From contig CAVNZM010000006.1 of NCBI GenBank assembly GCA_963693365.1, forward strand, positions 4,178,267 through 4,242,266: 64,000 nucleotides of DNA. Reading direction: 5' to 3'. The stretch's first letter is position 1. Each line of letters begins with the position of its first letter. Positions 1 through 14,069 of the stretch are shown piece by piece. The position numbers and the translations under genes were made by a program. Below the pieces are notes generated by a model. That model was not told the origin of the DNA. It saw only the letters and a program-made list of their open reading frames with translations, and did not search any database. This DNA is from Amoebidium appalachense (taxonomy: Eukaryota > Protista > Ichthyosporea).

Positions 1-126
1 GAGCCCGTTTGTTCACTCCGAAGTATTGTTCACCTATTATTGAGCCTGATTAGTAGGTGCTGTCCAATCATGGTTGTCCACCTATGTTTGCGCTGAATCG
101 TTTTGACATGAGTTGCCGGTGTTTCT

Positions 127-3100
127 ATGCTGCAGGGGGAGCTTGCCGACCTGGTTAAGGAAGGGGTGCCGGAGGGGTACGCGGCTATGAAGAACCGGCT
201 GCTAGACCTTGACTTCCGGTCCAACAGTGCACCGCCCCGGCCCGTGAGCCCGGTCGATGACGGGGTCTTTGACCCAAAGAGTGATGGCCACCTGCGCGAG
301 ATTGCGTCCTCGATTGAGCCTTCTGGTCCATACTATGACCAGTATTATCACCAGGTGTGTTTTTTTTTTTTTTTTTTTGTTTATTCTTTTGGAGAAGGGG
401 GGGGGGGGGGGGCTTGCATGTGTGTGTGCATGTGCATGCCCGAATGTTTGTCGGTGCTCGTCTCTGTCATTCACTGGTTGTTCGAAGCACGGGGTTGGAT
501 GAATGGATATGAATGTGCGTGCTACTAAAATATCGCGCATGTCGCCTTTGGTCTCCTTCACAGCCAAGTCTACCATAACCTTTTGTCTGCAGGCTTCAGC
601 GTGTGTGTGGTACTGCCATAAGTTTCCTTGGTTGACAATTTTATGGCTTCTGCAAATGGCTTCAATACTCCTGTCCCGTATCCCGCCACACCAGAAACAT
701 GTTTAGGCATCATAAGATTTCACCAGTTACAAATCATTCTGTGTGCAACGTCGTTAATCGATTTCTACTTTTTCGAAAGTAAGAAGGGATACGGTGTGCG
801 GCCTGCAACATTAATGGGTGGGTTGAATGCAGGGGCTGGAAGGGGAGGGATCGGCCGAGGGGATGTGGAATCAGCTGCAGTGGGATGGGTCGGGATACTC
901 CCCGTTTGACCAGCAGCAGTATCCCGAGGAGTACCAGAAAGAGGGGGTGAGTGGATACCCATATTACCGCACTGGTCTGTGATATGAAAACTTTAGAAGG
1001 AGGGTGTGTGCGTGCGTGTGTGTGCATGTGTGCATGCACTTGTGTATGTGATTAGTTTGGGCGGACCCGGGAGCCCGTGTTTTTCACGTAACAGAATCTG
1101 TGGTGGGAGGTTGAGAGGTGGGAGAGGGGGGGAGAGTAGAGTGCTGTCCTATACTAATGAGTAATGGATGTCTTTCAGATGAATGGGAACATTTGGGCAA
1201 GTGAGGCAGCTGGCCTAGGTCCTGCTGGCTATGGTGACAGCAAGCACGGGGTATGACCCCCCCCCCCCCCCCTTCCCCTTTCACATCACCAAATGTGCCT
1301 GCACACACACACACACACACACACACGGATGGGGAGGGGGCACCCGGGGGGTTGGGAGGAGGGGTGTGTGGGGAGGGGGGACGGAGGGGAGGGAGAGCCT
1401 TGAACACGGACGGGGAAAGAGAGGGAGGGATATTGAAATTTACACAGATATAGTAATCCACGAAGTCTCCAATACATGATACACACGCACCATGACTAGC
1501 TGCACTAGATGGCTTTGCCTCACATCAGGTGGTTTCGTCATGCATTTCTGCCAAACACGCACACAGTGCACAGGATACCGGACTGCCAACATATATAAGA
1601 CGCTTAAAACATACAGTGTCCCCCCCCCCCCCCCCCCCCCCCCTCCCCCCAAGACGGGTTGACCCTCCCAAGTTCAGTTGATGCTGCTGTCTGAGTTGGA
1701 GAGTCGTATATACGCGAGCTAAGGGGTCGAAACTCAGACGCAATTGATGACTTGGGCCCACCCTGAGGATGGGCTCTGCTTATGACGCATACTGTGCGCA
1801 TGGCTGATGTTGCATACTTGAATGTTTGCCTTTGCATGTGTCCTTCGTGTATGCGTACTTCGTACCGTGTTCCGCATTCAAACCCCCCCCCCCCCCCCCC
1901 CCCCCCCTCCTCCCCCCCCCCCGGCCTGGGGTCTCCGGCCTCGGGGTCTCCGGCCTCGGCCTCCTCTCTCCGTGCTTTTCTGCCTGCTTCGTTCCATCTG
2001 CCAAAACTGAGATTAGAATAAATATGCTTTCCGTCCCCCAGGGGTATGACCGCACCCCATCTCTCGGGTACTATGAGGATGTGCCGTACATGGGCAAGGG
2101 CAGGCGGGACCACGCCAAGAGCCGAGACATGCCCCACGGGGGATACTCGTCCATGCAGCTGCCCTTCATTGACCAGATTGCAAACCTGACCCTGGACGAG
2201 GTAAATCGATCTCTCTTACGCTCTCCCTCTCTCTCTCCTCCCCTCTCGCCCCCCCTCCCCCCCCCCCCCCCCCCCCCCCCCCCACGCTCCTCGTCCACGC
2301 TTTCATTCACACACAGACACACACACAGACACACACACACCCTCTCGAACTGTGACCAAAATGCATGGAATTGCAGTACGACTTTATTGGGTTTCTGTTT
2401 TGAGATGTTTTTGTGAAAGGATGTCTTGATACTGTCTTCCTGCTGAACGTCTTTCGGAAGCAAGGGAGGGGTGGAGGGGAGGGGCGGGAAGAGCGGGGGC
2501 GGGGGGGGGGGGGGGGGGGGGGGGTATTGGTGGTGTTCGGATGTTGCCCCAGGGGTCACATGTTGTGCCTTTTTCCTGTCGGATGTTGCCCCAGGGGTCA
2601 CATGTTGTGCCTTTTTCCTGGTGACTTGCATGGCCGGTGTATCCATGCCCATCTTTCCTTTTGAAGCAGTGTTGTGCTCAAGCACCTTTGCTAATCACCT
2701 TCTTCTATCCCTTTCCCCATCTTTTTCTCTCCTCCTTTCATTCGTCTCGTTCAGGGAGCACCCGAGATGTACCAGGGCTACCGAACGGCCCACAAGATGG
2801 ACACCCAGAGGGATGCCTTCTATGGGGAAGGCCAAATGTCTTCCCTGCCCCCCCACCTGCGAGGTATGTTGTACACAACTCCTTGGGTACATGTTTCTCC
2901 AGTCATTGCGCTCCCTGTGCACACCAACCCTAGTGCTCTCCCGTGGCCTCTGTTCGCAAACACCTGACCCTGGCAGATGCATACACACACACACACACAC
3001 ACACAACACACACACACACACACACACACACCACTCCCTTGCCGATGTCACAATGATAGTATGATGATACATCTGAACGTGTCTGCGCATGAATGACACG

Positions 3101-6100
3101 GACACCCACACCCCAATCTTGACATTTTCCTTCAGTCTTCCCCCTGTCGGACTTTTTATAATCCTCACACTGAGTATCTGTTGTGCTCTCATAATTTACC
3201 TCTCCTCACATCCTTAAAATCCCGGTGTCTCACTGTATTCCTTTTTTTTTTTTTTTTTTTTTGGCCTCTGCAGGAAGCTTGTACCGGCAGGCAGGGCTGA
3301 CCTACTCCTCCCCCAACCTGTATTGGGATGAGAATGGGGGCCACATCCCCCCACCCCCCTTTGGCCGGCAAGCATCCATGCCTGTGGGTGGACTGCGTGA
3401 TGGCAGGGGGAACTATCCTCAGGGCCATCCAGGGGGCATGCGCAAGGTATTGTTCTTTAATGTTTTATTATAAACCATTATTAAAGGGCACTCTGGCATA
3501 TTGGGTATGACGAGAACAGCAAAGAATCCATTTTGGCTAGATATACCAGGTTGGTAACATCTTCGAATGGACTAGGTTTGAGCTGATGCCACTTAATCGG
3601 ATCTGGGATGCACATGAGATGTAATAGCATTCGTAGTTTTTTGGGGGGGGAATGTTCCTGTTTCCTATGTGACGCATATAAGCTTGCATTTGTAAGCCTA
3701 CACGCGTGTAGAAGCGTGTGGTTAGTAGGTTTAAAAGGCGGATGCAAAAGTGCTGGCTGGTTCTGTTGAGCTTGTCTCGAAGGCGATTGGTGAGAAAAGC
3801 ACATAGCTGGTGGTTGCTGTGGGAGGACGAGGGCGGATTGTGCAAAGGTGATAGGATAATGAGTGGGCAATAAAGGTTCAAGAGGGTAGTTTCTGTTTGT
3901 GGATAAAAGGAAAAGGGGAGGGGAGGAGAGGCGGGATGAGAGGTTGGTGGTAGGAAGGGATATGTGTGTGTAGGTGGGGGGTAGGGAGCTGGGGGAAGGG
4001 AGGGAAGGAACTGTTGACCCTTCCCTCGGCCCATCATCGCTGTTCTTCTAGCTGATGAGCAGGTGGTCTTTGGCTAGGGCGTGTTTATGTGGCTGTGGGC
4101 TTCTTCCAAGCCGTGCACTCGCTCATTGCGCCACACAGCCACCTCCTGGGTCAGGCAGCCACGGGTACCGCCCACAGGGCCCAACTGGGGGCTACCGCAC
4201 AGAGAGGACACGCTCCATGAACGAGTAGGTGTTGGGTGGGAAAGGCGTGGTTGCGTGTGGGTGGGTGGGTGGGCGCGGGAGTGTGCGTGTGTGCGTGTTC
4301 CCCTATGTATGCGCTGAATTGAGTTGGCGGATTGAGCCAGAAGGTGGTTGTGCTCCCTTCACACGTCATAGTTCAAGGTGTTGTGCCAAAACAGCTGCAC
4401 ACCTGTTCACTTTGTGTGTGGTCTTTTTTAAAGTTCGTTTCACCTTAGTGGTCTCTCTTCTGCCATTCTGTGCCACACAAGTTGGCCTTAAGTGCAGATG
4501 AGTATCTTTTGATTGTAGGTGGCTGTAGCGGTTAAGGCAGTTGGGTTTGCAGGTGGTTGCAGGTCGTGAGAGTAAGCAGAATTTGAACCACCATTACTCC
4601 GTGCAGGGACAACTGAAGAGAAAGGATCAAAGATACGACTAAGGGTAGGGGATGGATGAGGTGACTTTGGGGGAAATGGCGTGGGGGAAGGGGGGGGGGG
4701 GGATTGCTTTTGCTGGGAGCAAAGCAGGAGTTTATTGAAGGTTGGTTATTAAGGGACAGGATGGAGATGTGTGTCTTTTAAAGAGGGGGGGGGGGGGGAT
4801 GGGGAGGAAGTCCCCCACAAGACTAAATGCTGACGAATGTGTGTGCGTACTCAGTGGGTATCGCCACTCGCCTCGCTACGACGACTATCCCCCTCAGGGG
4901 CTCCGCTATCCCTCCCACCAGGACCGCCAGGGACCCTCCCGGCCAATGAACCCCCCCCCACGTGCACTCCCGCCTGCACCGCAACTCCCCTCACTACCAC
5001 ATGGGGGGACACTATGTGCAGGAGCCTTCATCCCCCCCTCCGGCTACCGCTCAGAGATGAGCCCGCGCCACGACGGGCCACGAAACGGGCTTTTGGAGGA
5101 GTTTAGAAATAACAGGCACCTGAATTTGCAGTTGGCGGATATCTCTGGCAGCGTGGTGGACTTCTCAAGCGACCAGCATGGGTCCAGGTTCATACAACAG
5201 AAGCTCGAGACGGCATCAACGGCGGACAAGGAGCTGATCTTTAAGGGTGCGTGGAGATGTTTTTGTGTGTGTGTGTGTGGGGGGGAGGGGGGGGGGGGGG
5301 GGGGGGGGAGGGAGGTTCTGTGTGTGTTTGGGTGTGCGCATGCAGGGGCTAGCCCTATGGTTGTGGGGATGCAGGTATGTGTGTGTGTTTGTCGCGGGGG
5401 GGGGGGGGGGGGGGGGTAGTAGGGAAAGTGGTTGGGGGGTTGAGGGGGGAGGTGGGGGAGGGGGGAGGTGGAAGGGGCATGCTTGATGTTTGTGTGTGTG
5501 ATTTTTGGGGTTTTTCTGTGGAGGGGATGGGGTGCTATAAGCAGTGACCCGAGGGGACTATGGGGGGATGAGAGAGACACCCGCCGCAGACCAGATGCGA
5601 CTGATTTAAAGCAATCATACCTTCTCGGGTTATGACGGGGGGGGGGGGGGGGGGGGGGTGCACGTGCCTTTGTCGTGGCCTTATTTCCCTCTCTCCGTTT
5701 TGCGTTATCTTTTTGCCTCGGCATAAGCTGATGCAACACGGTCGGACTTCAGCAGGCACATACAGACGCAGGCGCATGTGCGCGCGCACACACGCTCTCA
5801 CTCACTCACACACTCACTCACAACAAACGCCTGACACACAACCGTTTAAGCGTCACGTATTCACGCTCCCTTCTCCTTCTCCTCCAGAAATCATGCCGAA
5901 CTCTCTGCACCTCATGAGCGACGTGTTTGGCAACTACGTGATCCAGAAATACATCGAATTCGGCACGTCCAGCCAGAAAGCAGCGCTTATGCACCAGTTG
6001 AAGGGGCAGATTCTGCACCTGTCCATGCAGATGTATGGATGCAGAGTCGTGCAAAAGGCCATTGAGAGGTCACCACTCGATCAGCAGGTGCGTGTGGAGG

Positions 6101-6380
6101 TGTGGATGGGGTGTGGGTGTGTGTGTGCGTGTTTTGGGGGGGGGGGGGGGGGGGGGGGGGGATGCGTGAGTGGGTGGTAATGGATGTATGTGTGTGGTAT
6201 TGGTGGTTGGTGTGGATGGGGGAGTGGTGTGGGGCAGGCAGGCATGCATGCATGTTGGGAGTGTGTGTGTGTGTGTGTTTGCGCACGTGTGGGATGGGTG
6301 TACTGGGGGGAGAGAGGGGAGGGGGGGGGGGGGGAGGCATGTGTGGTGTGGGTTTACTGGGGCAGTGTATGTGTTTGGGT

Positions 6381-6416
<36 letters not shown>

Positions 6417-7761
6417 GCAGCTGGGAGGGTTCAAAAAGCCATTCTGATACGAATAGTAATGAAGTTCAGAAAAGAAGAGCAGGGAGGAGGGAGGGCTGTT
6501 TGTCTCATGATTTGTGTGATGTGGTATGTCACTTGTTTGCGAGCCTTAGGGACAATCCTGGAAGTTCAGATGTGTATTTTGATCCCAAGAGCACAAGGCA
6601 CTCATTTGAACCAACGACACCTCGGAAACACATTCGAGCAGACATGTGTGAAACACTTTCGTGCAAACGGCCGTCCCTGAAACAAGTACACAACATATCA
6701 TCTAATTCGGGCTAATTGACGAACTGACACTCGTTGGAGCAACGACATGTCCGAAACACACCTTTGTAGGACACTATTACCGATTTAAAGATTCATGTCT
6801 TGGTCACTTTTTTCTACTGTTCGCTCTCCAGTAGTCCGGTTCAGTTTAGTTGCTCCCAATAGACGTCAGGTCACTAACAATATTTATTTGTTGGTACACA
6901 GATGTCGATAGTGCGCGAGCTTGAGGGGCAGGTGCTTGCGTGTATCAAGGACCAGAACGGCAACCACGTGATCCAGAAGGCTATCGAGTGCATCCCCCCC
7001 AGCAACATCCAGTTCATCATTGATGCGTTCCAGGGCCAGGTGTGTGGATGTGTGTGGTAGTAGTGGGGCTGGGGGTTGTGGGTTGTGGGACTAGGAAGCA
7101 CTCGGCGGGGTTCGAGTCCTACATCGTCACTTTTCATTTGGAATTGCAAGCACTGGTTTGTTGACGCGGATGGCATACCTTAACGACAACCACAAGAACC
7201 AATCCCCCACCCCCTCCCCCCTTCCCCCGGTGAATGGGTCGGAGATACTGTGGATGACGTCAGCCCCCCCCCCCCCCCCCCTGAGTATTTGCTCTGCTCA
7301 TTATGCATACTCTATTGTGTGGTTTGCATTCTGCCTTGTGTTGTCCGTTGTGATTGTTTACTTCAACTCAATGGCGCATTCTTCCCCCCTCCCCCCCAAC
7401 CGTTTGTTTGTAGTGTGTGTGTGTGTCTGTGCACGCTTCTGTGTTACCATGCATTCAAGGTCCTCGTTTTCCCCAGCACCACGCAACCACGCTTATGCTT
7501 TGGGCATGGTTGTGCATTTGCTGAGTGCATGGTGCAGGTGTGCAGCCTGTCGACGCACCCGTACGGCTGCCGGGTGATCCAGCGCATTCTGGAGCACTGC
7601 AACGAGCAGCAGGTCAATGCCATCCTGGACGAGCTGCACCGCTTTGCTATCAACCTGATCCAGGTCCGTATGGTTGTCTTTTTGTTCTTCCTTTTCTTTT
7701 TCCTTTTCTCCCCTTTCTTTCTTTCGTTGATGTGTTCCTTTTCTTTATGCACTGTGTGTGT

Positions 7762-7792
<31 letters not shown>

Positions 7793-8091
7793 CCCGCGCG
7801 CATGTGTGCGTGTGTGCGTGTGTGCGTGTGTGCGTGTGTATGGAGGGGGGGGGGGCAAGAACTGTACATCTGTGGCAGTGGTGTTGGGGTTTTGTTCCCT
7901 TTTTTTGTGGGGAGAGGAGTGAATGTGTAAATGAGCTACGATCAACCTTGTCTAACAGTGTGTGCGGCATTAATGGGAAGGGGTGGGTGGGTGGGTGTTG
8001 GGGGGGGGGGGGGAGGGGGGAGGATGGAAGGGCTGGGAGTTGTGGATCCGTGGGTGTACATAGGTGTAGAGGGATGTGTGTGTTTTGTTTT

Positions 8092-8122
<31 letters not shown>

Positions 8123-8760
8123 GGGGGATCAGTTCGGTGCTCTCAACTAGAGGCATGGGTGGATGGATGGATCAATGGACGTGTGCATGTATCCTCAGCG
8201 CTCTGAGCTTCGGTGTGTGGTGGTTCCCGCTGCGCGCGCACGGGGGGGGGGGGGGGGAATGCATTTTGTGTGGTATTATTATTGTTATTGTTGAGAAGAG
8301 GATGGGGGGGGGGGGGGGGGGGGGGGGGTGCAGGTGTATGGGGTGGCATGACAGGGGCACGTCTAGTATAATGCATATGTGCCGTATGTTTTGGTGTTCT
8401 TCAGCTCACAGTCCCTGCATGAAACACAGGACCAGTACGGCAACTACGTGATGCAGCACGTGCTGGAGCATGGCCGCACAGAGGACAGGCGGCGCATCAT
8501 CGAGGGCATGAAGGGCCACGTGCTGCTGATGAGCCAGCACAAGTTTGCAAGCAACGTGGTCGAGAAGTGTCTGGTCTACGGCCCACCAGACCTGAGGAAC
8601 CAGATGATCAGGGAGGTCATGACAGACACCGAGGGGTACGTGTAGTCACCCCATTTGCACCACAAATTCTGCCTACCTGCACACACACACACACAGACAT
8701 ACACACACACACACACCACGCAAGCACGCATGCCCGCACACCCAACCACCACCACTACCA

Positions 8761-8854
<94 letters not shown>

Positions 8855-9427
8855 GGGAGGGAGGGAGAGAGGAAGAGTGGGCGGGATAGAGAGACGTGTG
8901 CACGTGCTTTTACACACGACCATTACCTCCTTCACACAGACACCGTTCTTGGCGAGCCTCCGCATGCCTGCCCCTCCCCCCCTTGGCTATTATATGCTCC
9001 CTGTTGTTAGAAGCACACAGACAGACACACATGCACGGATGCCGTTGCCGCGCGCGCGCGCACACACACACACACAAACCATTATACGTTTATGCCTGTG
9101 GTTGTGGGTGTGGCTGTTTGAGTATCCACATACAAATACCCAAATACACGCTTACAGTTCATGAGAAAGTAATCAAAAAGCACATCCACACACGTTCCTT
9201 CACCCACTGACACGCACCCGCCACCCAGGGAGGTGAGTGCATTGTACCTGATGATGAAGGACCAGTACGCCAACTACGTGGTGCAGAAGATGATCGACAT
9301 TGCCGACGAGCCAATCAAACAGCAGCTTCTCTTCCAACTGCGCCCTCACATTATGTCCCTGCGCAGGTACACCTACGGCAAGCACATCCTTGCACGTGTG
9401 GAGCGTCATATCCCCCCTCCCCCTTAA
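127..9427 (+). CDS. PUM: Pumilio-family (PUF) RNA-binding protein, multi-exon; 5' end may lie upstream of the window
   Basis: GT-AG exons at about 136-354, 833-946, 2042-2200, 2755-2863, 3273-3447, 4855-5247, 5889-6087, 6902-7039, 7538-7663, 8430-8635 and 9229-9427. They encode a low-complexity N-terminus and eight PUF repeats: [111 protein letters not shown]. The protein ends ..[15 protein letters not shown]. The recognition triads match the metazoan PUM1/2 pattern. N-terminal exon boundaries are less certain. Confidence 0.95.
2537..2620. repeat. Perfect 42-bp tandem duplication in a Pumilio intron
   Basis: tcggatgttgccccaggggtcacatgttgtgcctttttcctg at 2537-2578 and 2579-2620. Confidence 0.9.
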
Positions 9428-9455
9428 AGTCGTGTATGTTTTGTTACGGTTTCCA

Positions 9456-9529
<74 letters not shown>

Positions 9530-11002
9530 ATAGGTGTGTGTCCACATTCGTTGTTGATTTTGCTGTTCGTTGCTAATGCTTTTGGTGTTGCTACCTACCC
9601 TACGGAATTATGTTTAGTCTGCAGTGTGGATCTGATAATATTTGTGCCGTGGCTTAATTAGAGGTCGCACGCTCTTTTTCTCCAATCACAAACATGCATA
9701 ATTTGAAAGCCACGGCCTGTATAATCTATTGCTAAACGAGGGGATAAAAATGTACCATACTAACATGTAGAAAAAGACGCACGTGAATAAGCTTGAATGG
9801 AAGGATGACATAGGAATGGGGAGGTGAATGGGATGGTCAAAGGGGCGATTTAGGATGTGTTCCGTATGTACCATATGCCAACCAGAAATTAGAAAGAGAG
9901 TTGATGATATTGGGGATAACACGGGCTCACGATAGTATAGGTAACTACGTACATAATCAGGTTTGTGGGTGTTTAGGGAACCCGAATGTACCATTAATTT
10001 TTAGGAACCCGTTACTATCGGTGCGTGTTTTCATCGCTACCATATTTAGATCGGTCATTTTGCATCTGCACCCAATGTAGTATTTCCTTTTCTAGCCACG
10101 TTTCCTTTTATGGTTCCTTCTTTCTGTTGGATGAAAGATATGCCTAGTTAGAGTTTTGCTGGGGGTGTGTGAAGTACATGTTGTGCATAATAGGAACCCC
10201 ATATGTATAATTACTGAAGAGTTTTTGTGTTAATATGTAGCATAGTCTTTGTGTGATGATACTTTGTTGATAACTCTGGAGTATTTGCTCGCCTCTTCTC
10301 GGTGGTTTCCGCACCGAGGGACAGTACATATATGTAAGCTGACTCATTTCCGCCAATATTGCCGGCGTTTTTCAGCTGGCGAGTTTAGGTGTGATATCAT
10401 GTATACATAACGAGTTTTTTGTTGTGTTGATATGACGAGCATAACATCTTGAGAACGTTGTTGAAATAAAGACTTGTTCTGGTGCGCAGTGCAAGTGTTG
10501 TGTCAAGAAGTGTTTTCGAAGAACCTGGGCGGCGGTGGTGGTTGGGGGGGGGGGGGGGGGGGGGGGGTCATGATGAGGCCCAGGATGGCTCTAGGCTCGA
10601 TCTGAACACTCTCTTGGGCACCCCTGGGCAAGCAAGATCAAATTCAAAAATTATGTACACTGCAATGGCGAGCTCTTAATGTGAAAAGTTGTTAAGAGTT
10701 GGAGTTTGGCTCAGTCAATGAATTTAGTGGTGAACTCTTGGATAAAATATCAGCCATGTCACAGACTGAGAGTCCGTTCTGCAATGTGGAAAAGTCCGTG
10801 AATAAATGCTGGTTTTAGCTGAAATGCACTCTACTAATAAAGTAAAACATTAATGCAAGTCATTTGCAAACATGCATTTGAACACCACCAAAAAGGACAC
10901 CGATCGAGCCCTGAGGTTTTCATGATTACCCACAGCTTGATTTGATTGTATTCGTGCCTGTTCGTACGCGTGTGTGTTCGCCTGCCTGTGTGTGTTAGAC
11001 TA

Positions 11003-11082
<80 letters not shown>

Positions 11083-11515
11083 ATGTGCGTGTGTCACACT
11101 GTGTGTGTATGTGTGTGTGGGGAGAGGGGGGAAGGGGAGGGGAGGGGCCCTAGGCTGGGGGGGGGGGGGGGGGGGGGAGAAGAGCAAACAGATGTTCGAA
11201 CATTTCGTAAATTTGGCTTTCAACATATTTTTCGACTCAAAAATTGGCTACATGATACTAAGCTGCTTTCGTCTGCTCGTTATACATACTATTTACTAAA
11301 CTTCTTTTGCTGTCCGGCAGCATATATTTACATTTTCGGTTACAGGGTTTGCATCAACATCATCGAAATTTCCAGTTATTCCCGTTTCACCACCTGCTAA
11401 ATTGCAAACAAAACTCATCACTGGTGTAGTCGAACACGTCTTCTCAGTACTTTCAATCGATTGTGTGTGCGTGTTCGCAGTGAGTGCATGCATGCTTGTG
11501 GTGTGCATGTGTGTG

Positions 11516-11555
<40 letters not shown>

Positions 11556-11853
11556 CACTGTGTGTCTCCGCGTGCGTAAGCGTGTGGGTTCGTGTGCATG
11601 CGTGCAAAGTGCTTGTGTGCGTGAGTGTGAGATGTGTGTCACATTCACTTCAATAGTGTTAGTAGTACCGGCAAGCTCAAAGATGAAGAGAAATCGAAGG
11701 TAGGAAAGCGGAGGAGAGAAACAGATGAGGGGGTTTTGGGGTAAATTGGGTGGGTGGGGGTGGGGTTCGTGGGTGGGTGGGTGGGTGGGTGGGTGGGTGG
11801 GTGGGTGGGGGAGGGGGGACGGGGGGGAACCGGGGCCCCGGCTGTTGTTGTCA

Positions 11854-13015
11854 TTAACCCTCTTTGTAGTCCAAAGCCATGCCCAGATGGAATGGTGGGA
11901 AGCTGTTGATTGAGTTGTCAATGTCGGCAGTGGAGTTGTCCAAGCTCCCAACTGAGAGGTAGTGCGAGTCCCAAACAGAACCCCCTTTCACAGCCGAATT
12001 TCCGATATAGGACCCCCCTAGAATAATGGTCGACGTTTCATAAAATCTGTTGACTGCAAAAACCCCGCCGCGCCCGTCTGGGCTGGAGTTGTTGATATAA
12101 TCCCCCTCGCATGTTAAAGTACCGTGAATTAGTTCCACCCATGCAGCCCCCCCACGTCCACCATTTCCCCAACCGTTATCTCTCGCGACATTTCGCTCAA
12201 ACCGTGAATTTACGTAGACGTTCCCAGCCTCCGGTATCGTCCCAATGTAAAGCGCCGCCCCCGTTTGCCGCATTTTCGACAAAAGACCCTCCGGTGACAG
12301 AAAAAGTAGTCTCCAGGTAGTTGATCCCGATGGCACCGCCTATCCCATGTCCGAAAATGTTTGCGTTTCGCACGAAATTACAATTCGTGACAAACACCGG
12401 TCCATCTGCAAAGTATATCCACAGCGCGCCCGCTCCCTCGTACACCTCCCTGGTTGTTTGCACAATGTTATCCGTAAAATTGCTCTCGATAATGTCGACA
12501 TAGTTTGTTGTGCCGAGGAAAATTACAGACCCCCCTCTTGAAGTGGTTCTAAACCCACTGAAATTGCACTTGTCCACAATTAGGTTGATGCCGATGCGGG
12601 GGTTGGATATCGCATTTTCCCCGTCTCCCAGCTCGGAGGTACGTAGAACGGACGAATACCCTTGCAGACTCACAAAGTTGAGATTTCGCAACGTGAGCGT
12701 TTTTCCCGTCAGAACTACCCGGAAAATGGGTTCGTTGGTAGTTTCCAGCGCAGCAACAATGGTAGGAGGAACCCCGCCACTCGACACACCCTCGATTTCA
12801 ATGCTACGTCGTATTGCTATCTGTGTTCGTATTGTCTGAGGTGCATACACGGTTATTCTTTCCCCGTCTTCGGCAGCGTCAACTGCGGAGGTCAAGTCGG
12901 GAAAACACAGGGCGGATTTTACGATTAGGCAGGTTGCCTGGCGAAGAGAAGTGGCAAAGGCCTGTGTGGCTAAATGTAGGCCGGCAAGTACGAAAAACGC
13001 ACGTGAAGATGCCAT
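11854..13015 (-). CDS. Secreted right-handed beta-helix / polymorphic-membrane-protein-like (GGA[I/L], FxxN repeat) protein, intronless, with one apparent frameshift
   Basis: Signal-peptide-like MASSRAFFVLAGLHLATQAFA, then alternating FxxN and GGA-like motifs (FTDN..GAGALWI, FVRN..GGAIGI, FVEN..GAALYI, FERN..GGAAWV, YINN..GGVFAV, YIGN..GGSVW). ORFs 12197..13015 and 11854..12336 join if one base is removed from the C5 run at 12258-12262. Confidence 0.75.
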
Positions 13016-13893
13016 GGTGGATGTGGGTGGTGGCCTAGGTTACAGCATGAATACGTGGGGGGGAAAGCTGAGAACTTGGGAAAACTAACAGCAGGTTGAT
13101 CGGATTCCTGCTTACTAATGTCACTACTTCCTGCTGATGACACCTTGAACGAAAACCTCCTTAGTGAACCAGCTGAAACACAACTATATGTAGAGCCTCT
13201 CTGGTGGGAATGGTTCCCACCCAAACGCGGGTTGCGTAGGGGGGAAAGAAACCCTTTTCGTAAGACGGATAATCGAAGGAGTTTTCTGCAGACAAAGAAA
13301 GTGCGTGAATGCAGCGTGTGGTAATGCTGTAATGAAAGGCGGTGTAGAACTCGAAAAAGTGAAGTTCAGTGCGAATCGTCCCACAAGTCTATTTGCTACT
13401 CAGTGACTATGGGCCTTCCATGCATGCATGTTCAAAGTATGGGACTGGAGTGTCATACGAGCGCCCGCTCTGTATTACTTTGCCCTTACATCTATGTATT
13501 CTTTAAATCTAGCACTACGACTGTTAGCTACTCGCCAAGAAATGACTGACCCGGTGCGGACAGAGTTTGCTTTTGCAGTATCTCAGTGCCTTTGACTCAA
13601 GGATGAGTGGCTATGTGGTCCGGGCCGGAGACTATTATTAGGGCCTGTTTGGCAACGCGGGTTAGTGTAATCTGGATTTCGGGGGATATCTGGATATGGG
13701 GGTTTACGCTGTTTACTCGAGGCAAAGAGAACCAGTCTCAGGTATGGGGGGGGGGGTTTTGCTCGGAATATCCCCTCAGCGGTATATCATGATCACGTAC
13801 ATAGATGTCGGGTGGTGACTATATATCAGGGTTTACTTTCTCTACGAGACACCATAAAGACTACAAGGAGAAATCAATTAGTTGGGGTTCCCC

Positions 13894-13956
<63 letters not shown>

Positions 13957-13988
13957 GGGCTCCCCTCGGGACACTCGGTATCAGCTGG

Positions 13989-14065
<77 letters not shown>

Positions 14066-14069
14066 TGCG

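Noticed and set aside
9751-9995. Three TGTACCAT motifs downstream of Pumilio as possible autoregulatory sites
   Set aside because: They do not match the 8-nt UGUANAUA predicted from the repeat code, and the 3' UTR extent is unknown
12258-12262. Programmed or phase-variable frameshift in the beta-helix gene
   Set aside because: The run is only C5 and a similar +1 occurs in the myosin G7 run, so homopolymer assembly error is more parsimonious
13130-13160. CTGATGA..GAAA hammerhead-like core
   Set aside because: The intervening bases do not form stem II and no flanking stems are evident
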